A stretch of DNA of 64,000 nt, from NCBI RefSeq assembly GCF_023055435.1, contig NW_025963791.1, forward strand, positions 33,232,001 through 33,296,000. Direction: 5' to 3'. The notes under the pieces are model-generated. The model was given only the letters and a program-made list of their open reading frames with translations, did not search any database and was not told the origin of the DNA. Position numbers and translations under genes: made by a program. Positions 53,301 to 64,000 of this stretch are shown here, piece after piece; positions within the stretch are counted from its first letter, which is position 1; each line of letters starts with the position of its first letter. This DNA is from Haliotis rufescens. Taxonomy: Eukaryota.

Positions 53301-53779
53301 CTAACATGCTACTGAATGGACCTGGGACGAGTCCAAATCTACAGCCCGGGTTACCAACCCGACCCGGGAACCCGCTGATGGTCTCAAGATTTGGGAACTC
53401 ATTAGTGTCATTAAAACAGTATATCAAGTGACCATCCACTGGTCCAAGTAGTAAAGTGAGCACTTAAATAACAAGTAAACCATATCATATCTACTAAGAA
53501 TAGAGTGAAGTATTGGTATCTCTTGAGCTGATTGGGATCGAACCACGGGCTTTTCGCCTTCCCGGCCGACACCGTACTTACTAGAACACGGAGGCGATTT
53601 AATAAAGAGAACCAGGTTGCTAAACACATAATGTGATATGTAATGATGTGGAAATAATGTATGTGGATACACCTTTGTATGATCATTAACACCCCAATCG
53701 GAAGAGTCCATTTTGAGTTGTTATAGAGAATTTAACACCAGCGATAGTGATGATTGAAATCATGCAATTATTGATGTGA

Positions 53780-55407
53780 CTACATAAAGTTGACTTCGTG
53801 TATCTGATCTCCACCACAAACATACAGTGTGTCATGTCTATCTACATACAATCCATATGGATCACAGCCAATGTCCTGATGATCTGTGACATAACCCCCT
53901 GTCTCTGTCAGCCGTATCACCTTGTTACTGCATGCAAGCAGGATGTCTCCAGTTGTAGTAGTTGAAATACCATAAGGTCTGAGTGCTCTGCCTCCAGTAG
54001 GGGCGTATCTCCACACGACACCCCCCTCTGACGTCACACATGTCACAGACTGCTCATCCCTGTCAGACACGAGTATATTGCCCTTGTTGTTGACACACAT
54101 GTAGTCGGGGCGTGTAAACAGTGTCTCATTGTTGTGTGTAGTAACTGACCTCAGCACGTGTCCTGCCATGTCCAGGATATCAACACAGTTGGTAGTACCT
54201 GCTGCTAGACATGAGGGACTCAGAACAGCGAGACTGTAGTATTCCTTGCTTGTTGTGTTGGTAGAGAGCAGCACCAGGTCAGGGGTCACCTCTATTGTTA
54301 CAATCTTCCATATGTCAGGGACAGAAACCATCACCTGGTTCTCATTCAACTGTGTTACACGACATGGAGAGTCACCCAGGGTAAGTGTACTGTGGCATGT
54401 CAAGTTGTTTCTGGTGTACAAAGATTTCACACACTCGTTGACGTAGTCAGTGACAACACATGTCTGTAAACCATCTACAACCAGGACTGTGACGTCAAGT
54501 AGCACAGGCCCCCCCTCATCACCCACTATCCTCCCATCTATCTGGTCAACCAGCACTGGAGACGGCAGACATGTACCCTGATCCTGGTATGCGACCTCAA
54601 TCTTCCCCAGCTGTAGGTCATCTAGGATGTGCTGGACGTTGTCAGTGTCAGGTGTAAACCTGATGTCATCTATTCTCGGTGTGTCTTCTGTGTCTGTGTC
54701 CCTGACATCCCCCAACTCTACAGCCCCCGACTCCCAGGCCTGATAGGCGTCATACAGGTCCATCTCACAGTCCGATACCAAGGCCTGGTCAATGAACTCA
54801 CAATGTTGTCTGTACATCTGCATCTCAATCTCTTCAAGTCTAACAACTGCTTTAAGTTGCTTAGTTTGTTTGTCTGTAATATCCTTGACTTCATTCATCA
54901 GCTGTTTTTCTTTCTGCTTGATGTTGGCGATGGCTCTCTCAACAGCAGATTTAATGTGATTTTCGACTGCTATTTTGTTTTTCTCAATTCCGCTAATTTT
55001 CTCGTCTGTTTTCTTAACAATTGTTTCTTTTCTATATATTTTCTTTGATAACTGTTTAGCATGCCTTCTTAAATGGTATTTCAGGTTTGGCAACATTGAC
55101 TGAATGGTAACGACAGACTCACATTTCCGATGGTAAACAACACAACATGTCTGACACACAGCTTTGTGGCAGTCTTTACACACAAGCTTTATAACCTCAT
55201 CCTTATGTTCCCTGCATATGACCTTGCGCCTCCTCTTCACCTTGACCTCCCCTGAAAGGTCACAGATCTCATGGTCATGTGATGCTGGACTTGCACGATG
55301 TATCTTGACACATCTTTCGCAGAGGGACACTTGACACTCAGAACACCATGAGGCTCCCTGAGTTTTCTCCCCTAACTTCTCACACACTGAGCAACGTGAA
55401 GCGGAAC
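53780..55407 (-). CDS. TRIM copy 5 large exon (B-boxes, coiled coil, NHL-like propeller)
   Basis: Open frame and canonical acceptor. 641 aa spliced. Confidence 0.92.
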
Positions 55408-56276
55408 CTGTAAGTGGACATGTCTATAGTTATTTGACATATCATAACAATATTTATATAAAATAGATTGAGAATCCAGGTAAAATCACCCCCTCTCACC
55501 TATTTTCAATGCACGAATAGGGCGGTGGGTGAAGGCTTGGAGATAAAGTGTTGGCTCGTCACGCCCATGGGTTTGATGTGTGAAGCCCCATATTGGCATA
55601 ATTGGCAGTGGCGTGAAACTGAACTCATTCACCCAGTTACGTACATGTAGTTTCAACAGGTACAATTGCACTTATAAGTTCTGATCACTATCATCACGGG
55701 CGGTGGGGAAGCCTTGTGGTTTAAGTGTTAGCCAGGTTTGATTCCCCACATGAGTAAAATGTGTGAAGCCCATTTCTTGTGTCTCCCGCAGTGATATCTC
55801 TGGAACATTGCTGAAGGTGGCAAAAATACATACTCACTCACTTTTATGAACCTGAAACATTCTATCATTACAAATACCCTTTTCATATACTGCCATTTGT
55901 AGATGTTTTCAGATAATAATATTTTCAAGTGCTTTATGGATGATCTGATTATATTAGCATCATGTAAACCGATAATAATCAGCAGGTCAATTAGCATTGC
56001 CAGTGCACATTGTCCCGACGTCAAAATATATTGTAAATATATCTATGCCGAGATTACAGTAAGAGTCATGTTTGTAACAAATGTATATTTTCTGGAGTTG
56101 TTTAGTGGAGTCAATTGGTATCATTGAACATACTGTTAACAGCAATACTGTTATTATACTGCATGTTTAAACAAATAACGAGTACCCTTTAACATGCTTT
56201 CATTACAAACATGATTCTTATTACTAGATATCAGTTTGTGAAATAATGTGTAATTGATAATGTAATAAACCAATAC

Positions 56277-56574
56277 CTGTTTCGACAACGCCAGCTTGTG
56301 TGTCAATCAGCCCCTGTATAATGATGCTGGGTTTGATCTGCCCCGCCCACTCCTCCACTGGCCGGCTGGGGTCGGGGACCTTGGTATCTTGTCGACAGAA
56401 GGCACAGGGGATCGTCTTGGACTGTACAGCATCTTGTCTGGTTTGGATGTACCCTGTGACACATTTCCTGCAGAATGTGTGATCACACCGCAGTGTACAG
56501 GGGTCTATGTACAGTTCCTGGCAGATCACACAGGTGAGGAATTCAGTCACTTTCTCAGCCCGTGACGTCGACAT
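56277..56574 (-). CDS. TRIM copy 5 RING exon
   Basis: Intact C3HC4 RING, 298 nt, canonical splice sites. Confidence 0.92.
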
Positions 56575-57519
56575 CTGTAAAACATAAATAACTGTTCACT
56601 TTTCGTAGAAATAATTTCAGCTGAAGTTGTTCCGTCTTTGTAATGGAGTAGCATGTGTTTTGTTTGAGACGATAACATTTCTTGAGTGCGACTTCGGGCT
56701 TACCTTCCATATCAAGCTGACACACGATGATATAACTGAAATACTGCATAACGCGGCATAACACTAAACGCACTCACCCCGTCAGTAACTTGTGTGCACC
56801 ACTAAGTATGCTGAAACGACTCTGTAAATCCATGTCGAATGAGTCGTTAACATATCATTTCTTGTAACAGAAATGACCATATCGACCAATCCATAGTGCT
56901 ACAGGAATAACAGATTCTACATATCGTGACTTCATGTCAAACAAGGTGTTTCAGAAGCGTGTGTCTATGTATTTGTTTATACTATTGTTTCAATAAAATA
57001 TGTTCCTACATTAGAGTTTTCATGAATTCTGTCATAAGAACAGGCTTGATCATTGTTTCCACACTATAAAGGATTTACCTTGAATAGATGAACCGAAACT
57101 GAATATATGAATGTATTGTGATCATGTGAGATTAGGATTGATGTCAACTTCCCTCGTGTAGATGTGGAGGTAAACTGTCGTCATTGTTTGAAATGTGCAT
57201 TTGTTTTCATATTAAAAGCTAACTTTAAAACAACTACCAATAGGGTCCTGTATTTATGACCTGTAATCCACCTCCGTCAACACCAACCAGGCCTTGATTT
57301 ATTGGTAATAGACACGCCCCCTCACAGTCACAATACAAGGGAGGTAACTGTGAACGTTAGTATTCAGGACCAAGTCAACATATCTCTATTCTGTCATTTT
57401 CACTTCGACGAATGACTTTGTTTACCTGAATCTCAAACATTTGTAAAACCCATAACAATAAAAGAAATTTAAATCAATATACTTTATATTCTTTTATTAC
57501 CTTGGGGCCAACAATTCCT

Positions 57520-57533
57520 ACTTTCGGTTTCTC
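57520..57533 (-). promoter_or_regulatory. IRF-element/ISRE-like motif (copy 5)
   Basis: GAGAAACCGAAAGT on the gene strand. Confidence 0.55.
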
Positions 57534-60213
57534 TTCGTTTAATGTTTCGTGTGTTTTTAAGTTTAAATTTAAGAAACACAAACCTGATATAAGTTTGATG
57601 CTGCCGATGTCCTGAATAAACAGGTATACTAGTTCTTCATGTGCACTGTGTGAGATTTAATTGTACGTCCTGGATGCCTTGAAATAACCAAACCCCGCCT
57701 CGGTACAGACCTGTGCCTACCTGTCCCTTCCCTTCCGCATGACATACAAGGGAGGTAACTGCGAAATCTCGACTAGTGGTGATTCAAAAGCGATCAAATC
57801 TGATGACGACATAGGTTCCAGGATCGAATTAAGGATGATTCTTATAACGTCGAAAGAGATCGCACATTTCAATATATACACACACAGTACACATTGTAAA
57901 CAGTATTTATGTAATATCCTAAGATGTTTTACACATTCGTATTTGTACAATTATGTGCGAACATGTATACATGTAATGTCGTTTATAGCAGTACAAGAAG
58001 TAAAAAGTTGGACAAGCTATATGGCAGGTGTGGCGATCGAGATGTCATAGATGTTACAAATAAGAAATATACCACAGATACAATAACTTTCTTGAAACGT
58101 AAATAACAATGTTACCAGTATTTCAAAGTAATCCGAACGGGCAAATCAACACACCGTCATGTAAACATCTTGAGCCCGAGAAACATGTAGGTGTTACACC
58201 AGTCTTACACCAGCAGGATTCCTGTGGCCTCCGTGTGTTACAAAAAATAAATAAAAAAAGTCATGTATACTGTTGTGGTCAGAAGCATCAGATCACAAAT
58301 CGAAGTCACGGAGTGTAATGTTAGTATCAGATATGTTCACTGCATGCTGAATAATCTCTTGTTTCGTTTTACTTGAACACAAAACCTGCATATGTGGCAC
58401 GTGCGATACGCTACAGGTAATCTCTTACTTGTTTCCCTCAGTACGTATGATTACTGATGTTAAGCCTCTGATTATAGCATGGTAGCATTTACTGATTTCA
58501 ATACACGAGATTTAACGTATATATTTACGTGTTTTACTATTCCTTCATGATTTATTGATGTAATGATACATGGCCCTGATCGCGTTTGGATCTGTGCGAT
58601 GAAGGAATATCCCTATTTACTTCTACAGGGCGGTGTTCTTTTCCATATATCTATTGAGATAGTGTCATCTCTATGAGTAGGTATATGCTGGCTGAATGAG
58701 TATTTATCTCACGATAGGCTGCATTTACAATCACAAATTTACACTTGAGTCTGTGAGTGAAGAATGTACCCCAATGGGGACGTTACTATTGACATCTCAT
58801 TGATCAACCTTCGATGGACAGCTGTGTTTCAAAACTTGTTGATAAATATAACTATGGATTTATGCTGTATGTGTTGAATACTGATATCCTATTTCAATAT
58901 CTCCTATGACCCTACATAAAAACAACTGTACGCTCATTTATATATGTGTGAGACTGGATGAAACATGAAACGAAACAGCTGAGAAGCTAGCTTAAATTAA
59001 TTGTTTGTTTTAGTTGGCAACATGAATTCTTATATCAACCAAATAAGGATTGTAAAAGCATTCAAAAATTTGTCTTCATTAATCCTGCATTCGCCGCATT
59101 CAGCAATATTCCGACTATATGACGGCGGCCTGTAAACAATCCAGTCTGGACCAGACAATCCAGTTATTGACATAATGAGCATCGACCCACGTCATTGGGA
59201 TACGATGATATTTATCAAGCAATTAGCCTGACCTGAGATTACGAGGCCTGCACTGTGTCACCAGTGTATATCTGGAGAGATAGTGACGCTGTGAACTATA
59301 ACAGTTTTGTGCATGTGGTTGCCAGCTGTGTCCTGTGTCATGTCATATTTGGTATCATGATCCCATTAACGTGCGAATGGTCAGCGAGCAGGTACAACCT
59401 TTAATCTCCATACATCGATTCAATATCTGCTTCATCTGTAACCTATAGACGAAAGTTTCTTCCCGATATGTGGATAATCATATCGACAAACATGGCTGTA
59501 AATCACCATATGATAAATGGGACACTTCACTCAAACACTATATTCATACACGGTTTCTGAAGCTGAGTGAGATCAGGTTGAAAAATTGAACATCATTGAT
59601 CGAGATTATTGTAAAAATGACATGTCAGGGTAAAAAGATTACCCTCGTGTGATTCCGAATCGTAAAGATCAAATATGAGGAATGTGTTGTATGCTCGTTA
59701 CAGGGTCGAACAATTCAACTTTTATTCTATAAATTTTGATATTTATGATACGGAAACACACTCATGTATTATCCTCTACAAGCGTTTTGTTGTGTTTGTT
59801 GTTGAACGCCACACCCAGAACTGTTCCAGTTATATGACGGCGATCTGTACATTATCGCGTCTGGACCAAACAAGGTTGTGACTGACATCAGGAGCATCGA
59901 TCTAGGTAATGAGGACACGATGACATGACACAATACGACAAGCATTGATTGCCGAAGACCCATTCTAACCCGGATCTTCATGGGGAACACATATATGCAT
60001 GTGTTAGCTATACATGTCATCATATACTGGTACAAATCAACTTCTTATACAGGAATTGTTAATGCGAGGTCATTTTTGTGAAAATATTTTGCATAAATGT
60101 TACAGCATCCAATGCTGGCATGACAGATTGCGTTGAACTGACAGTGTTTTGTGTTTTAAAATACAGATTCAAGTAAACTCCATAAGTTACTTTTTATCCT
60201 AGTAAAACCTGCT

Positions 60214-60738
60214 CTACAAGTCTTCCTGTTTCGCCTGCACCTTTTTCAATCGTTGTTTTGTGGCTGTGTACAGGTCGTGAGACGTGATGTTCTCAGCCCT
60301 GTCATAGAACTGGCGGAACACCTGTGCGTTCATATGGTAGAATGCCAACTCATGCTTTCGGCGATGGTCGGGGACGATTAGGCCGTTTTCGTCAAATTTC
60401 TGTGCAGGTAAAGGACATCCAAAATGGTTCAGATTTGCCTGTGCTTTCGCGACAGGCTTCCCGGCTTTAGTTGCATCAAGCGCCTTGTGAAGTTTGTCAC
60501 AGAGGAAACACTCATATCCTGAAGCAGCCTTCCCAAAACGTCCACCTGCATACTCCCCTGGTGATATCCGGGCGAGTTCTGACTTCAGCCTTGGATTTGA
60601 AATACCCGTGTGTTTGAATTGGAGGTATGACTCATACTTTTCGTCGTTCCGATCAAGCTGCTTGATGAACGCAGCCAAGTCTTGAATAGTGTCAAAGTCT
60701 TCGACCAGAATCGCTGATTTGGTGGATGGTAAAAAGTC
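60214..60738 (-). CDS. Terminal exon of a FUT10/FUT11-like GT10 fucosyltransferase
   Basis: ttcag|GAC: DFLPSTKSAILVEDFDTIQDLAAFIKQLDRNDEKYESYL...YECFLCD...HFGCPLP matches the FUT10/11 C-terminus. Confidence 0.85.
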   Translation of the reverse strand, partial: DFLPSTKSAILVEDFDTIQDLAAFIKQLDRNDEKYESYLQFKHTGISNPRLKSELARISPGEYAGGRFGKAASGYECFLCDKLHKALDATKAGKPVAKAQANLNHFGCPLPAQKFDENGLIVPDHRRKHELAFYHMNAQVFRQFYDRAENITSHDLYTATKQRLKKVQAKQEDL

Positions 60739-61625
60739 CTGAAAGTACGTTTTAAGTAGAGCTGATTTGAAATTGCATTTATTTGATTAGAACAAACTAC
60801 AATCAGAAAAAAGATGCATAATAATCGCTATTCTTTCCGAGGCTGAGAGCTAAGATTCTAGTTGACTGCAAGTTTGTTCAATTCATGACAAATTTATTTT
60901 TAAATTCCTTTCACGCTGTTAATGCCACAGTACACATTTATAACATGACCATAAAACGGAAATGATTTATCGGCACAGACGCACTTTAACATTCATTCTT
61001 TATTCGTTAGTTTATCTTTCTCCGCTAGTTTTTCTCATTCAGCTCTTCAGATAATAGAAACAGATCACAATGGGGGTTCACAGTTTCAAATCATATATTA
61101 AGTTACTGTATTATTGTGTCTGGATGTGTCCTCGAATGTTACATAAACATTTAGGTGTATATGCGTCAAACGTAGAACCCGTGATTCTTAAATTGTGGTT
61201 GAAAAATAATCCTGATGATAACAATGGTTCAGCGACAATCTCTTTGAGTGAACCCTCCACCTATACATGGATGAGCAGCTACACCGTAAGTCTTGTCTAA
61301 CACTAAGTTGAATAGCTTACTGCAAAACGTTTTCCTTCATCTGTTACACGAGACGATAGCTATATTTAAGACCAAAGCTTACCCTCTGCCCTATCGTAGT
61401 CGTTTATTGTATCGAAGTTGTTTAGAACATGTAATTATGATTATGCCTTTAAATCTACGACATACGCCTTTGTGTGTATTGGGTACAGCCTAAGAAAATA
61501 TATAATTACTTATATACCCTCACGAAAATGCCACCACACAAACAAGACATGTCACCCATCTCGTGGTCCAAGCATAAGAACATATACTCTCATTGAAATG
61601 TTTCCACACACAGAAGTCATCTCAC

Positions 61626-61765
61626 CCTGATTGTCGGCGAGCCGAGCACAACTTCTCTGTGATGTAGTCGTCACAGATGGCGTTCTCAAAAGCTATAGCA
61701 AACTTGTAGCGGGCGACAAGTCTCAAAAAGTCTGGCTTCAAGAAGCCTGCTATACCGTCGAGAAT
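61626..61765 (-). pseudogene. FUT10/11-like internal exon with the alpha-1,3-FucT motif, apparently frameshifted
   Basis: [20 protein letters not shown] followed by GSPTIR|gtgag in another frame. The usual WRPL..G.VP.Y segment is missing. Confidence 0.75.
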
Positions 61766-62237
61766 CTATATGCAACAGAAAGAGAATGGTTACACTTTAA
61801 TAGTTGCAAAGTGCTTTGCTCTTCATTCCACAATGCATGTATCTTAACAAAATAGATAGATTTGCCCAGTCTACATTTTGATAACATTGAGTGCATGTAG
61901 GTCGGAAATGTGGTAAAAGATTATGAGCTGTACTGACATACTATATATTATGATAATAAATTAACATTGTGTTGAAATGATAACGAGCCCAGTTACATGT
62001 ATGACATGGCCTAAACGATGGGTTCCATTATCCTCCAAAATATCATAACATGTGTGACAGTGAAAGCANNNNNNNNNNNNNNNNNNNNNNNNNNNNNNNN
62101 NNNNNNNNNNNNNNNNNNNNNNNNNNNNNNNNNNNNNNNNNNNNNNNNNNNNNNNNNNNNNNNNNNNNNNNNNNNNNNNNNNNNNNNNNNNNNNNNNNNN
62201 NNNNNNNNNNNNNNNNNNNTCCTGTTAGTGTGTCTTA

Positions 62238-63776
62238 ATGTGTGACTGTATCAGTGTGTATGTGTGTGTCTGTATGTGTGACTGCATCAGTGTGTATGTG
62301 TGTGTCTGTAAGNNNNNNNNNNNNNNNNNNNNNNNNNNNNNNNNNNNNNNNNNNNNNNNNNNNNNNNNNNNNNNNNNNNNNNNNNNNNNNNNNNNNNNNN
62401 NNNNNNNNNNNNNNNNNNNNNNNNNNNNNNNNNNNNNNNNNNNNNNNNNNNNNNNNNNNNNNNNNNNNNNNNNNNNNNNNNNTGTATGTCTGTCTGTATG
62501 TCCGTGTGTGTGTCTGTATGTGTATGTGTCTGTATTCGTGTATGTCTGTCTGTATATCTGTGTGTATGTGTGTGTGTCTGTATTCGTGTATGTCTGTCTG
62601 TATGTCTATGTGTGTGTCTGTATGTGTGTGTGTCTGTATTCGTANNNNNNNNNNNNNNNNNNNNNNNNNNNNNNNNNNNNNNNNNNNNNNNNNNNNNNNN
62701 NNNNNNNNNNNNNNNNNNNNNNNNNNNNNNNNNNNNNNNNNNNNNNNNNNNNNNNNNNNNNNNNNNNNNNNNNNNNNNNNNNNNNNNNNNNNNNNNNNNN
62801 NNNNNNNNNNNGTCTGTCTGTATGTCTATGTGTGTGTCTGTATGTGTGTGTCTATATTCGTGTATGTCTGTCTGTATGTCTGTGTGTGTCTGCATGTGTG
62901 TGTGTCTGTATTCGTGTCTGTATGTCTGTATGTCTGTGTGTCTGTACGTGTTTGTCTCTGTATTCGTGTATGTATGTCTGTATGTATGTGTGTGTGTCTG
63001 TATGTGTGTGTCTGTATTCGTGTATGTCTGTCTGTATGTCTGTGTGTGTCTGTATTCGTGTGTATATGTCTGTGTGTCTGTATGTGTGTGTATGTGTGTG
63101 TGTGTCTGTATTCGTGAATGTATGTCTCTATGTATGTGTGTATGTCTGTCTGTATGTCTATGTGTGTGTCTGTATGTGTATGTCTGTCTGTGTGTCTGTA
63201 TATGTGTGTCTATTCGTGTATGTATGTCTGTATGTCTGTGTGTGTATGTATGTATGTGTGTGTGTCTGTATTCGTGTATGTCTGCGTGTATGTCTGTGTG
63301 TGTCTGTATTCGTGTGTGTCTGTATTCGTATATGTCTGTCTGTATGTCTGTGTGTGTCTGTATGTGTGTGTCTATGTATTCGTGTATGTCTGTCTGTATG
63401 TCTGTGTGTGTGTCTGTATGTGTGTGTCTATGTATTCGTGTATGTCTGTCTGTATGTCTATGTGTGTGTCTGTATGTGTGTGTCTGTATTCGTGTATGTC
63501 TGACTGTATGTCTGTGTGTGTCTGTATGTGTGTGTCTGTATTCGTGTATGTCTGACTGTATCTCTGTGTGTGTCTGTATATGTGTGTATGTGTCTGTATT
63601 CGTCTATATCTCTGCGTGTGTCTATATGTGTGTGTCTATGTATTCGTGTATGTCTGCCTGTGTGTCTGTGTGTCTGTATGTGTGTGTCTGTATTCGTCTA
63701 TGTCTGTGTGTGTGTCTGTATTCGTGTATGTCCGCCTGTATGTATGTGTATGTCTGTATGTGTGTGTATGTGTCTG
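62238..63776. repeat. Complex TG-rich microsatellite (tgtatgtctg/tattcgtg variants) with assembly gaps, inside a FUT intron
   Basis: Low-complexity sequence with N runs. Confidence 0.95.
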
Positions 63777-63950
63777 NNNNNNNNNNNNNNNNNNNNNNNN
63801 NNNNNNNNNNNNNNNNNNNNNNNNNNNNNNNNNNNNNNNNNNNNNNNNNNNNNNNNNNNNNNNNNNNNNNNNNNNNNNNNNNNNNNNNNNNNNNNNNNNN
63901 NNNNNNNNNNNNNNNNNNNNNNNNNNNNCACATGGTTCAGTTGGACTCAC

Positions 63951-64000
63951 TCTTCTGGGAAGTCCTTGTTGTGGAGACAAGGGCCGTAGGAATCTACATC
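63951..64000 (-). CDS. 3' part of an upstream FUT10/11-like exon
   Basis: DVDSYGPCLHNKDFPE followed by a GA|GTGAGT donor. This is the conserved VDSYGxCL motif. Confidence 0.8.

Noticed and set aside
62238-63989. Long Cys/Val-rich ORFs
   Set aside because: Translations of a TG microsatellite and N gaps.

Overview
Eukaryotic (animal) genomic DNA with spliceosomal introns, tRNA-derived SINEs and assembly gaps. The SINE families suggest a mollusc, possibly abalone-like, but that is an inference. The window is dominated by a head-to-tail minus-strand array of five TRIM genes (RING exon of 298 nt, a phase-1 intron of about 0.9 kb, then a large exon encoding B-box/B-box/coiled-coil/NHL-like beta-propeller; 641 aa when intact), plus the 5' flank of a sixth copy at the left edge. 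Copies 2, 3 and 5 are intact. Copy 1 has a nonsense codon and a deletion of its stop codon. Copy 4 has a RING nonsense codon, a lost UTR donor and a ~3 kb promoter deletion. Between paralogs, amino-acid differences cluster in the loops predicted to form the propeller's ligand-binding top face, the copies are mosaics of each other, and their 5' regions carry IRF/ISRE-like motifs. Together this looks like an inducible, diversifying array of TRIM-NHL immune sensors. The spacers hold a decayed I/Nimb-group LINE present twice (one copy nested with MULE, Tc1 and a TIR-less tandem element), hAT- and Kolobok-like MITEs, several SINE families and an L2 fragment. The right end holds the 3' exons of an apparently frameshifted FUT10/FUT11-like (GT10) fucosyltransferase gene with a TG-rich microsatellite intron.
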